50,777 nt of DNA from Salisapilia sapeloensis CBS 127946 (Eukaryota; Protista; Oomycota), in assembly GCA_023334545.1 (NCBI GenBank), contig JAADVB010000132.1, forward strand, positions 1 through 50,777. Reading direction: 5' to 3'. Positions 20,479 through 32,559 of this stretch are shown here, one piece after another. The notes beneath the pieces are model-generated. The model made no database searches. It worked only from the letters and a program-made list of their open reading frames with translations, and was not told the DNA's origin. Each line of letters opens with the position of its first letter. The first letter of the stretch is position 1. Position numbers and translations under genes: made by a program.

Positions 20479-22572
20479 ATGGCCACGAGGAGTCAGTTAA
20501 GGACTCTGCTGCTGTTATTAATAGCTTGGACATGTATCCACCCACTTGGTGTACAAGCGATCATCCATGACTCGGAGCGACAGCACCTCCAGCAGCGAGC
20601 TCGTGACATGTTCTATCATGGCTATAATAACTACCTCACTCACGCCTATCCGTGGGACGAGCTACAGCCTCTCTCGTGCAGTGGGAGGAGGTGGGATCAG
20701 CGTTCTCGAGGCGACATTGACGACGTCCTCGGAGGCTTTTCACTCACCCTCATCGACTCTTTGGACACTCTCGCTGTGCTTGGCGATCGAGACGAGTTCG
20801 CTCGAGCTGTCCAATTGGTTATCTCTGACGTCACGTTCGATCGAGACATCACCGTCTCGCTATTCGAAACCACCATCCGAGTCGTTGGAGGACTCGTATC
20901 GGCCCATGTACTCGCCTCTCCGTCCCACATCGGTATGCTGTCTGATGACGAATACGATGGCGAGCTACTAGGCATGGCGAATGAATTAGCACTACGCCTC
21001 CTACCTGCGTTTGATACACCTACAGGCATCCCAGTCCACCGTGTCAACCTCCGCCACGGACTCGTAGATCCGTCGCCTAGAATCACATGCCCAGCAGCTG
21101 CAGGTTCCTTACTGGTAGAACTCTCCTACCTCTCCCGTCTCACAGGCAACTCCATCTTCGAAGCTAAGGCGCGTCAAGCCGTGACAGAGCTCTGGTCTCG
21201 ACGCTCATCTCTCAACCTCCTCGGCAGTGCCATTGACGTGTACTCTGGCAAATGGACAGCGAGGCATAGCAGCATCGGTGCTGGCGTCGACTCTTTCTTT
21301 GAATACTTGCTTAAATACCACCTCCTGAGCGGAGATACAACGTTTGAATACATGTTTAACGCTAGCTACCATGCCGTGGAAGAGCACATGCGCCATAGCG
21401 ACTTCCATTTCGAAGTCGACATGGCTGTCGGTCGGCCGTCCGTCCGCTCTTTACGCGTATCGGCGCTCCAGGCCTTTTGGCCTGGGCTCCAAGTGTTAGC
21501 GGGCGACGTCTCTAGTGCCGTTCGTAGTCATGATAACTTGTTCGGTCTGTGGGACCGCTTCGGTGCCATGCCAGAGCTCTTCGACCTGAATGGCAAAGGG
21601 AGTGTCGTCGAGTGGGCACGCACCTCCCCTCTCCGTCCTGAACTCATCGAAAGCACATATCATCTCTACCAGGCTACACGAGACCCCAAGTACCTCAAGA
21701 TCGGCCGTAAGATCCTCGAAGATATCGAGATGGTGTCCAAAGTACCATGTGGATACGCCGGCATCAAGGACATCCAGTTGCTCACGATCGAAGACCGTAT
21801 GGACAGCTTTGTCCTGTCTGAAACAGCCAAATACCTCTACTTGCTCTTCAGTGACGAACCGGATGTTGTCGTTCCGTCCGTCAACGTTTCATACGACGAA
21901 ACGTCTCGACTTCGTTCACGTCCTTTACGGACATCCGAAGTGCTTTTCAGTACTGAAGGACACTTGTTCCCAATCGACCATCACCTCTTCCCACAATCGA
22001 CATCCGAGGACGCTAGATCAAGTATCGACTTTTGTGAGAATGGAAACCTCGTGGCCAATAGAGTAGCAAAGGGTAGAAACGTAAAAGCTAGTACATCCTT
22101 CCGTCAACGTAGTGTCTCCGTTCGAGCAGGAGACTCGCACCTCATGACTATGGTCGCTTCGCCTGGAAACTTTGGACTGCAGGTAAACGAAAGTGTCCAT
22201 GTCGAAGCACCTCTAGTCTTTCCATCTAAAGCCATTGGGAATGCCTGTCGAGCTCTGTCGAGAACCAACAAGGAGATTGTCCGAGGCAGATTCGTCATGG
22301 TGCGGAGAGGCCAGTGCTCTTTTGTTGAAAAGGCGCTGACGTTGCAACGAGCAGGAGCAGCAGGTGTCATCCTCATTAACAACAAGGACATCGTCAGAAC
22401 GCCAAGTGCGCGTCCCTACCTCATCACAGACGATGGCTACGGTCGAGGCAAACTCGTCACCATTCCTCTTGTCATGGTGTACTATGCAGACGCGCGAGAC
22501 CTCATCCGACGCAGCAGCTTGGCTTCATCCGAGGAAGAAATCACGGCAGTGATATCTGCGTGGCTTCATTAG
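20479..22572 (+). CDS. ER degradation-enhancing alpha-mannosidase-like protein (GH47) with C-terminal PA domain, intronless
   Basis: Signal peptide, MFYHGYNNYL..AYPWDEL.PLSC, SLFETTIRVVGGL, GAGVDSFFEYLLK, PLRPELIESTY, RMDSFVLSETAKYLYLLF and PA-domain VRRGQCSFVEKA..LQRAGAAGVI. Confidence 0.93.
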   Translation: MATRSQLRTLLLLLIAWTCIHPLGVQAIIHDSERQHLQQRARDMFYHGYNNYLTHAYPWDELQPLSCSGRRWDQRSRGDIDDVLGGFSLTLIDSLDTLAVLGDRDEFARAVQLVISDVTFDRDITVSLFETTIRVVGGLVSAHVLASPSHIGMLSDDEYDGELLGMANELALRLLPAFDTPTGIPVHRVNLRHGLVDPSPRITCPAAAGSLLVELSYLSRLTGNSIFEAKARQAVTELWSRRSSLNLLGSAIDVYSGKWTARHSSIGAGVDSFFEYLLKYHLLSGDTTFEYMFNASYHAVEEHMRHSDFHFEVDMAVGRPSVRSLRVSALQAFWPGLQVLAGDVSSAVRSHDNLFGLWDRFGAMPELFDLNGKGSVVEWARTSPLRPELIESTYHLYQATRDPKYLKIGRKILEDIEMVSKVPCGYAGIKDIQLLTIEDRMDSFVLSETAKYLYLLFSDEPDVVVPSVNVSYDETSRLRSRPLRTSEVLFSTEGHLFPIDHHLFPQSTSEDARSSIDFCENGNLVANRVAKGRNVKASTSFRQRSVSVRAGDSHLMTMVASPGNFGLQVNESVHVEAPLVFPSKAIGNACRALSRTNKEIVRGRFVMVRRGQCSFVEKALTLQRAGAAGVILINNKDIVRTPSARPYLITDDGYGRGKLVTIPLVMVYYADARDLIRRSSLASSEEEITAVISAWLH

Positions 22573-22659
22573 ACCTGTAGAGAGTGACATGTATGCATTC
22601 CAGAAATATAACAAGAACTTGTACAAAGCAAAGTAGACGTAGAAACCATTAAAGTTATC

Positions 22660-25441
22660 TTAGGAAGCAGCCGATGGGACTTCAATCCCCAGGTCGCGAC
22701 AGAACTCGTCCTCCAAGTGGTGGAACGCATCGCTCTCTGCATTTGCTTCTTCGCCATTGCCGCCGCTAGCACTTGTTTGTCCACTTGGCTGCGATGGCAC
22801 GGCGCTCGATGAGTCCTGAAAGGCTTCATTATCCTCTACTAGTGCCACGTTCGTCTGGTTGAGCGAGCTTATCGTCTTGCCACTCGTCGCTCGCGTGCTC
22901 TCTCGCTGGAAAAACGTTTCCATCGCTTGCTTCTCGCCACCCAACGGCCTCGATAAGGACGGAGGGATACTCAGTATATGCAGGTTTCCCGTCTCGTCAC
23001 CCACAGCCACGACCTGCTGCTTCGCTATGCTACTGGAACTAGCGCCGGTGCCTCCAGCACCACTTTGTCCAGGTCGCTGGCTTCCAAAAGTACTGAAGGC
23101 TTGGTGGACAGACGGGTGGTGCCGAAATTCTATCGACGTCAGTTGGCATGCTGCCACTGGCGCAGACAGACTAGGTTGATGAGACTGGTCCATGAAGTCC
23201 CAGACGTCCAGTGTGCCGGTGGACTTGCCAACGAAGAAGACGCCTGGACGCGTAGGCGAGAACACAGCGCACGTGATGGTACCGATGGAAACAGGAGAGT
23301 TGAAGATAGGGCCATTCGACTTCCTCTGTCGGCTCTCGGCATCCTCGGACGATGCCTTGTGCTGGGCTAAGTTCCAGATATTCACGTGGGTCTCACTTAC
23401 GCTGAGGTAGATGGACGAAAAGAACGGAGATACAGCCAGGTGGAGTATCGGACGAGCATGGTCACGACAGATCCATTGAACGTACTCGACGCTACCATCA
23501 CCACCATCGTCTCGACTGCCGTTGCTCCCCTTTGCGTTCCCTGTATGCGGTCGCCAGTCTGTATATAGTAACTGTCCTTCTTCCGTTCCGCAGTAGAACC
23601 GCGTTGATAGCGTATGCTCGTCCTTTGAGTTCTCGAGAGACATGCGCGTAAGAGTTAGCTCTCCTGTCGTCTCCACTTTGGACAACGAGATGGAATAGAT
23701 GGGTGTAAAATGCACTTCCGGAGCGACGTCTTTCGATGCATTCTTGTCGACTTTGATGCGAGTGAGACCACGATACTTTGGGTCTTTAAAGCGCAAGTCC
23801 CAGAACGCCACTTGTCCGTCTCCAGCGATCGTCATGAACTGATGTACGCTGTCCTCCTCCATCGCGACAAAGTGGCCTCGATTCGTTACTTCCGTGCTGA
23901 TAGGTAGCCACGTCAAGTCGGACACGGGTCGACGATGGCTTACGTCAATGTACGAAACGTACAAAGGTTTCACTGGCGGCAACCTCTTCTTTGGTTCTTC
24001 ATCCTCCTCGTCTTTCTCTGGAGCTCCGCCAGCAGTGTTTCTCGGGGTCTTGACAGGAGATCTACTTGTCATTTGCTCCGCTTTAGACAAGTCCCACACG
24101 AGCACCTGTCCGTTGCTTAGTCCGCCAGCTACGAGATGGGGCTGAAATGGATTGAACCGCACGGCCAGCACGTCCTGAGGTGCCTCGAGCATCAGCTGAG
24201 GATGGATCATGTCTCCAAAGTTCCAGATGAGCACGTAGGAATTATCGACTTTATCCAACAAGTCGAGACGCTTCTGGAAACTCACATTGGCGGTTGCTGC
24301 GACTGCTATCACACCATTTTTCTTCGGATGCCAATCAATCGCTGGAAGTGCCTTGTTCTTGCTATAAACAAGATCCGTAAAGCTTCGTAACTCTTTAATC
24401 GTGTTCTCGTTCTTGTTTGTAGAAGTAGAGTCGGTATCATTAAGATTGGCGAAGGGATCTAGGAACACATCCAGCGTCTCATTCTGCTGCAAAGCTTGCT
24501 CCACTACCGGTACCATCTTGTCCAAGAAAGCTTGAACCTTTTCGTTCTCCAGCTCTTCTTCTCTTGCCTCGGGCGTCATCACAATCGGTTCATACTGCAC
24601 GGCACTGTTAACCGAGCGGAACCATGCTGTCTGCGTCGATCCGTCTACAGGTTGTGGATGTCCTTGCAGCCCAACATCTTGCTCCATGCGTGAGAGGTCA
24701 TAGTTCGGATCCTTGTGCTGCCTCCACTCGACGAAGCCTGGCCATGTATCAAACAAATTTAAATCATTAGCAAGGAGAGAGTCGGAAGCACTTGATGCTA
24801 CGTACATTGGTCCGCATCTCGGTCACTGAACTTGTAGTCCGCATTCAGCTCATCTGACATCTTGGTCACGGACATGCGTACCTAGAGACGGATACAAAGT
24901 TAGCTTTATAGAAGGATATATGTCTAACAGAGCGTACGAGAGGACGGCTACTACTCATAGTGAGCGAGTTGACATCCGCTTCTGTCTCTTTGGCCGTGTC
25001 GGATGTCCACGGTTGCGCCACGATCGGAACGTCTTCATACACGAGGTTACTAGTATCCTCTTCTGCTTCAGCTGCATCTGCACTCTGCATCGCTTCCTCT
25101 CGCTCTCGAGCTCGTTGCTGGAGGATGTCCATCTGAGTCTCGAATGCCTTTGGTGTAAGACATAGCAGCCAGTTCTCACCGTACACTTCTTCTGGGTCGG
25201 CAATGATCAGTATCTCGGTGCCTTGCATCGCTTGGATATCTGTGCGAAACTCATGAAATGGGCACATGAAGCCGACCTTGCTGATTTGATCCAGTATGTC
25301 GGCCTTATCAAAGACCTTGTGTTCGAGGGTATCTCGCAGACCGCTGCCGGTCTTCAAGCCGAGCGTCTCCATCTCTCTCATGGAGATCATCATAGGTCGA
25401 GTACCCTCTGGAGGAGGCAGCTTTTCTTTCGCGGATGCCAT
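22660..25441 (-). CDS. Axonemal dynein intermediate chain, WDR63/DNAI3 (IC140)-like; introns 24882-24937 and 24738-24805
   Basis: WD40 repeats with SFTDLVYSKNKALPAIDWHP, LVAGGLSNGQVLVWDL, FYCGTEEGQL and SPTRPGVFF..K..G.LDVWD motifs typical of axonemal dynein intermediate chains. Two canonical introns link the N-terminal exon starting at 25441. Confidence 0.85.
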
Positions 25442-25598
25442 GTTCTGGATCACTAGAGAGGGAGGAATCAGACGCAATGCTGGACAGGAAGGATCGCACA
25501 GAGTGACCGTTCGAGTCCCAACGTAAGCAAAGTAACTGCTATAGATGTAGGATCAAGTAAATCGTTTTATTCATCACCAAGCATCACGTATCCACAAG

Positions 25599-28500
25599 CT
25601 AGAAGTGGTCTATCCAATCTAAGTCGGTATCCCATGGCTCCATCTCCGGTGGATCCTGGTGGCTCGTGGCTAGAGATTCTTCAAACATCTTCGTCACGGT
25701 ATCCGACTGACTACACGGACTTGTCTTGGAGGCAAGTTTCACCCAGTCGATGGACGCAAACCACGGATGAGAGCGTACGACAGAGCCTCCCAGTCGAATG
25801 TCGACCATGCCTTGGCCACCGAGCCGTGTGTCTGGAAATGGATCGAGTAGGTTCTGTATTAAATCCTGGGCTTCTGCAGACACCGTGCTGCTTCCGAACG
25901 TTAAGCAGCCCTTCTGGTGGCGAGAGATCTTAGAATACACAGCCATCGTTTCATCCTTCTCATTCAACGTCCCCTTGTCCGTGATCGCGAATGGAGTTTG
26001 TCCACACAGCATCTCATAAATAAGTACGCCTAAGGACCAAAAGTCAGACGCGTGCATATGCCCTCTTGCCGACACCATCTCTGGTGACATGTACTCTGGC
26101 GTGCCACAGATCGTATATGTCTTCGTCTCGTCCGGCAGCTTTTTCGCGTGCCTAGACTCCACACGTATCAAGATTATGCAGGAAGAGATGGAAGAGATAG
26201 TAAACGTACCGAAAGTCGTGGAACTGGATGTAACCTTGTGTGTCAATCATGAGACTGTCGCTGCTCAAGTTCCGGTACGCAAAGCCAGCATTATGAACAT
26301 ACTCCAGCATCAGCAGGACCTGTGCAGCGAACTCACGAGCGATTGCTTCCGTGAACCTACCGTCTTGCTGGTCGGTCAAGAGCGCTGCAATGTCGGTAAC
26401 AAAGATCGTATCGAATGACAAGTACACTGCGACATTATCCTTCCAAGTGGACGTGAAGTCTGAGATGAGAGGAGTATCCAGTCGCATGGCCCGGTGGTTA
26501 GTCACGTACTTGACAGCTTCGTCTGCCCGCTTTTCCTTCTCTACTTGGGCAAATGAAAAGGCACTGACTGTATGGAATCGATGGCTCTCCGTTATACCCT
26601 GATACACGGCCAAGTACCCGAGCTCAGACGTCTGGACAGCAAACCGAAAGACCAGGTCCTGCGGTCGGAGTGGTCCGAATCCAGACGACTTTCGACGGCT
26701 GGAAGGATCGAAGATGAGGTTCTTGACTGCCATTTCAAAGTTGTGTCTGGCTTCCCGCTGCTGCCGATCTGCTTCAATCATCTCTTGGAGAGACCCCAAG
26801 ACTTCCTCAAACTCTCGTCTCCCGATCTGAAGGAGCTTGGTGCGGCCCACGGAAATGACGTTGGCGGCTCGAGGCGCGTCATTCAGCAGTGCTCTCTCGC
26901 CAAAGTACTGGTTCTTCTTCAGCCGCAGCACTTCTCTCGACGTCCGAGTGTCTGACACAAGATCCTCATCCCATATCGTACACACCACAGCTCCGTCCTG
27001 AATGACGTAAAAGGTATTCCCGACGTCGCCCTGGTTGATAATGTAGTCTCCATCCTCGAACGTGACTTCTGTCAGATTGTCCGCCAGGCGTTCCAATTGT
27101 GTCTGGGTAAGCGACTTGAGGACGTCTACTTTCTTCAGCGTCTGAACCAACACCGACGTCGGTGCTTTGATGAAGACACGACGGAAGGCTCGGCAGTCAA
27201 TCGCCCACAGGACGCCCTGCACCAATGCCTTCACAGATGATGACCGAGGACTGTTATGCATGAGTGCCAACTCTCCGAAGGACGCAGGCTCATTCCCTAG
27301 TCCGTCTTCCACGTACGTATGCAATATATTCTCTTGTGGCGGGTCATCGGTACTCAGGACACTCACCTGGTACTCTCCGTACTCGACAATGTAAAACTTG
27401 TCTCCCGGGTCTCCCTGCCGGATGACGTACTCCCCCGGCTGCACCTCGACTCTTTCCATGACCGCAAAGATGTCGTCCTTCTGGATCTGAGTAAGCTGTC
27501 GGAACAACCAGTTGCGTGCAGTCATCCGCTGGAGTGTCGCCATTTGATCCGGCGTTTTCGGGATGACGTGGTCCCGGACGCGGTAAGCCAGGTCCTCGGC
27601 CTTGACGAGCTCTGCCATATCCTTGCGCATCTGCGCTCGGCGCTTCTCCTTGGACATACCGCGACGAACAGGACGTAGCTGCGTCTGAGTCGCAGGACCG
27701 ACGTTCCAGTTGCTATTCATCCGCTGCATGGCTGGCTTACCAGTGCCAGAGAACTTGAGCTGGACGATGATGATCGTAATGTCATCCGTCCGGAGCTCAT
27801 ACGTGAGCCATAACTTGTAGGATTCCGCCACCACTCTCTGGCAAGCCTCCAATGGATCTTTGTACTGACTTACGAGGTCCACGACGGCCTGACTGGTCAG
27901 GAACTCAAACACACCGTCGGACGCGATCACCACGAACTTGTCATCTTCCGTTAGCTGCAGCGTCGTGATCTCCGGAACAGAAATCACACCAAGCGTCTCG
28001 GCAATCTCGTCGCCTATGCTACGCGTGAAGGCGGTTCCGGGGAACGCGCCGTAAGGTGACCAGATACGTGGTGGATCTCCCTCTTCATCCACTTGCTCGT
28101 TCAGGTCGGCGGCCCAATTGTCATGTACAGGCACAATGCCCTCTAGCTGATCCATCGTCAGCACTCGTGCGCCAGCTCTCCTCACTCGCTCCCGTTCGTC
28201 TGATCTATACGGCGTTTGATCTACCGATAGAGGCTGTGCCAGCAGTTTTCCTCCGCTCATCGTAGCGATGACAGCTCGAGAGTCGCCGACGTTGGCAACA
28301 TGGATAGTGTCTCCGTCTAGGAACATGCAGATGGCAGTGGTGCCACTGAGACTGTCGTCGACGCGAGAAGCATGGAGCTTGGCGTTCGTGTCTTCGAACG
28401 ACCGAGAGTACGCTTCGAGGAAGCTCAAGTTTTTCTTGTCGATCATCCGTGCGAGGCGCTCCGGACACTCTTTCTTAGCGAATTGCGCACACAAGTCTCC

Positions 28501-28882
28501 CGTGCTGCCATGTCCGTCGTAGATGCCAAAGTAGATTTTGCTGCTGTCGTCATTAAAGTTCGGGACGATCGTGTAACTGTCCTGATTCGGTTTATCCAGA
28601 GCTACACGTAGGGATAAGCTACCTTGCTATGACTTGAGAGAAGGGGTAGATCGTACCGTCCGGGTAGTACCCTCGTTGAGACACGAAGGCATACTTGATC
28701 TGCAGTTGGCTATCGATCTTGGCGTCCACGGCCTTGGTCGAGCACACGATTCGACTGCTGATCTGTTCGTCCGTTAGCGGCGATCGAGGTGCCTTGTTCT
28801 GCGTCTGCCCTTGCACCGGAGCACTCTTCTCTTGAACCGTCCGTCCGTCCTCCCGCTTCGGCACCGATGCTCCACATCCCAT
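25599..28882 (-). CDS. PP2C phosphatase - two cNMP-binding domains - protein kinase-like domain fusion; introns 28602-28656 and 26152-26209
   Basis: MGCGAS start, PP2C motifs (YDGHG, ANVGDSRAV, ASDGVFEF, DDITII), two cNMP domains (FGELAL...PRSSSV; FGERALL..APRAANV) and a kinase C-lobe (TICGTPEYMSPE, DFWSLGVLIYEM). Confidence 0.92.
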
Positions 28883-29083
28883 CGTACAGCAAGGTGTAGC
28901 TCCTAGTTCTACGAGGCGGTAACGTCGACCTTTAGCTTTCGAGGCAAGATTAACGTCCGTTTCCGATAAATGAAAATAGATGCAGAGTAATAAAAACTTA
29001 TGGATGTCCATGTACCTCTAGGTTTCCACGTAGATCAAGAAAAAGTATCTAGGTAGAAACGAGTATGCATCACAATTTAAATG

Positions 29084-30007
29084 TCAATTATCCTCTTCTC
29101 TCCCTCCTTCAGTGCCGACAAGCGTCATGTCGGTCTTGATCTCGTTCGAAAACCCTTTCTGCATACGCACGAGCGTCGTGGAGGTGGCGATCTCCTTGTT
29201 ATTAAACCACTTGCAGCTGACGTACTGGGCGCCACACTTGTTGAAATGGAGCATCTTGCCCACCGTCTTGTCCTCGCCAAAGTCTAGTCCGTCCAACTCG
29301 ACGTACGTGGGATGGCTGACGAGACACTGGAGCAATTGACTGCCGACAAAGTAACTCCCGCCCGTCGCGAAGACGTATGAGTTGGCATTGGAGGCGTCTC
29401 CAATGTTCACGTGCATATCTCCGGCGTAGCAATTGTCTAGACTATGGCACTGGGCAAGACACTCTGCATAGTGCGGCCAGTATACGATCGCATCGTCGTC
29501 CTGTTTGAGCAAGTGCTGCCCATGCGTCTTGGCGACGTGGTGCATGATCGAAAGGGTTTTATTATGAAGGTTCAAGTAGCTATCTACACCTTCGTGTCGG
29601 ACGACAGGAAGCAGTTGCTGGAGACCAGTCGGGATGAAGACGCTTTCGTGGGCGAAGAGCGTCACGCCAGGCGTGGCGGCCACCAGTCCGACGTAATCCC
29701 AATTCGTCCCATTGCTCACAAACAAGATGTGTCGTGTAGACTCATGGATAGTCGTTAGCGACTGCTTCTTTGCAGGAAGCGCATAGCCTGTAAAGCCCAT
29801 TCGAACATGCATAAAGAAGACGAGGAGCTGGGCATAGTACCCGAGGACGAACGCCCCGAGGGCGATAGCCACAAGTACATACTTTTGCTTGTTAGTTCTT
29901 ATAATAGAGGTCTTTTTAGTCTTATGTTCATGCTGTCGGTCCTGCAACGTCGTCGGGAGTAAGGTGCTGTTCGCTGGCTTGCGCCGAGCGACCGGCGGTC
30001 TCTCCAT
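29084..30007 (-). CDS. Type II membrane glycosyltransferase, GT31/galactosyltransferase-like
   Basis: Basic N-terminal tail, single transmembrane helix (YVLVAIALGAFVLGYY), LLKQDDD (DxD), ATGGSY and EDKTVG motifs. Confidence 0.75.
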   Translation of the reverse strand: MERPPVARRKPANSTLLPTTLQDRQHEHKTKKTSIIRTNKQKYVLVAIALGAFVLGYYAQLLVFFMHVRMGFTGYALPAKKQSLTTIHESTRHILFVSNGTNWDYVGLVAATPGVTLFAHESVFIPTGLQQLLPVVRHEGVDSYLNLHNKTLSIMHHVAKTHGQHLLKQDDDAIVYWPHYAECLAQCHSLDNCYAGDMHVNIGDASNANSYVFATGGSYFVGSQLLQCLVSHPTYVELDGLDFGEDKTVGKMLHFNKCGAQYVSCKWFNNKEIATSTTLVRMQKGFSNEIKTDMTLVGTEGGREEDN

Positions 30008-30079
30008 CAGACTCCTGTCGGCGGATTTTTCAAGTTAAATGACTTGGTTTTTATATGCTCTCAACTTGAAGTAGCCGAA

Positions 30080-32400
30080 ATGACCAGCACGGACGTCCAA
30101 CAGCTCTCGCTCGTGGAGGAGGACGTAGACAAGAAGCGACACCTTCGAGACCCGTTTAAACAAGCCTACGTGCAGCTAGTCGTCTCCCCTTTTCCATCCG
30201 TACCACCACAGGCACAGCAGGAAGAGGAGGAGATGCCTGCTGGCATGCTTCGACGAGGTCCGACTCGGTCGATAGATAGATGCGTAGCGACTAGTTCATG
30301 GATAGGAATGTGTAGAAATACTCTCTAGGTCGCATCAAGTCCATCTGCGTGTTGGTAAGTTGTCTTGGTCGTTCCGAGCATGCGCGAATGGGAATTTGAC
30401 GCTTCCTACTTCCTGCGCATTGAATAGAACTACTGCGAAGACAAGTGGAGAAGCTGTACACTGCGAGCGCTACTGTACAGTCTACCTATTTCTTGTCTCT
30501 TGCATGCAAGCTACAGAGTACTTTTGAATACACACTAGGCACTCGATCATTCTACCGAGAACCAATTACCATCATCAAGATGCACACGAAGAGCATCTCG
30601 TGGTAACCTTCGTTGACTTTGTATGCAGGCAGCGGATAGTAACGGCGTCTCTCTTGCTCGTAGCCGAACAGCACAAAGAGGAAGGAGACACAGCGATGGA
30701 GTCGGAGATAGATCGACTATCCAAGTCGCTATCCGATCTAGAAACGTAAGATAGAGCTTTCATTCCTAAAGAACAGACTAAGACACCAATCGGTAGAGGA
30801 CATGTGTCTCCTGGTCAAGCGCTTCGTGCATGTAGCTTTAGCTGCGACTGCAAGCAGCACGCTTTCACGACAATCAGGAAGAACCTCGAATCTAGAGTGC
30901 GCTCACGTGAACAAGAGGCAGCTGACGAGACATCCACCTCTTCCCTACTGTCTCCACTCCAAAAGTATGGCATGTGGGATGACAAACCAATGGAGCATTC
31001 GCTCTTTCGTAAGCCAAGCATCACAGTCGCTCAGTAAGATCTGTAGCTCTAACTGCTTGTCAATACTGCAGTGGAAGAGTGCATGCAGTCAATCCCTCCC
31101 TTGCCTCAAACGCATGACATTTGCATGTCGTCTGAATCCGATGCAAGTGACCAAGAGAGCATTGCATCAAGTGATCAAGGTAGGCTTCAAGCAAGTCGCT
31201 CCATCCTCTTTCTAGTACCTATCTTACATGTATACTACGCAGCACACGACGGTGGTGTCGTACTTGACACTGACACCACAGTCATGCACCCTACAAAGCA
31301 ATCCGAGCCTCTCGAGCCCCAAGAGCCATGCGACCTGTCAGACGACATCTCCGATATCGAGTACCCACCAAGTGTCGGTGTCAGTCGTCTACACCAAAAG
31401 TCCTCGAGTAACACGCATCCGCTCTCGTTGAGTGGAGACACTACCTCCCACGAGCCTCCTAGAAACGTAGAACTGTCGACTAGAAGCCTCGTGCTGCATC
31501 CTTGTCTTTGTTTATATTGATACCACTTCTTCCCTAGTCACATGTACCAGAGGCGTCCTCTAGAAGCTCCATCCAAGGGCCTTTACGTCCACCTACTGCA
31601 GGTAGGACCAAGACGAAAAAAAAACTGCTGAGCTTCCCTCGACCAACGCAGCTCCAGAAGAGCATCATCTGTCACGGAGAGAACCTCCTCCGACTGCGCA
31701 TACGTCTGCAGACGCTCTTCCCGCTGCCAGAAGAGTCCTCTGCTGTACTCCAGTTGCCTACAGCCGTCGGGTCGGAATGTGGCTGGAGTTCAAGCGCCTT
31801 GGATGTGGTCGACAGCAGTAATCTGGAGGATACTGCATCTTTGTCACCAACACTCTCCACCACTCTCCTGCCGTCTAAACGGTTTGGCCAGAGTGACGAT
31901 AGGGAAGTAGCGAAGAAGCGGAGAACTCGACACAGTCGTCCTCTATCTCTACGGAAGATCACTAAGCAGGTGACAGACCTACTAGTAAAAGCTGCCGAGA
32001 CGACGCAGATGAGGTAAGTGACGTAGATGCCGATCGGATCGTTCCTCCTATGACTTTACCGGTATCTCTCTAGCCACCTGAGCTCCATCCAGCACGCTAT
32101 CCATGGCGAAACATCACCACAGAGGTCTCATTCCTTCGACTACTCTTTCCATAGCAGTAGCAGTAACCACTCCAGCAGGGTATTCGTCGCTCTAATCTTC
32201 ATCGCTTCTAAAGCTCCTAAGCAAAGCAAAGCCTCGACACCGAACAAGGTCCTCCGTGCTACTCTACACACCTACTGGTAGAACTCTAAGTACATTGCAT
32301 TCCTTGTAGCTAGCAGGACTCTCTCTAGCGTCCATCGCGTCCAAGACCGACATCAAGATCTCTTTCCAATCTTAATTCCATTCTACTACCCTTTCATTAC
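30080..32400 (+). CDS. Multi-exon, Ser-rich protein of unknown function; exon structure and 3' end uncertain
   Basis: Successive short plus-strand ORFs end at strong donors (gtaagt at ~30356 and ~32014, gtaagc near 31010) and resume after pyrimidine-rich AG acceptors, with genic composition. No recognisable domain. Confidence 0.45.
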
Positions 32401-32559
32401 ACTACTCTATGCCTTCCAATTCATCTACCAAGCCTCTTGTCGCTATCGTATTGTTTCTACTTCCATACGTCTCTGGAGGATGCGCCTCCCTCTGCTATGA
32501 ACACGACAGATTTTTTCAAGGACAGAGGTTCTTCCAACTACAGTAGACGAGGAGATACT

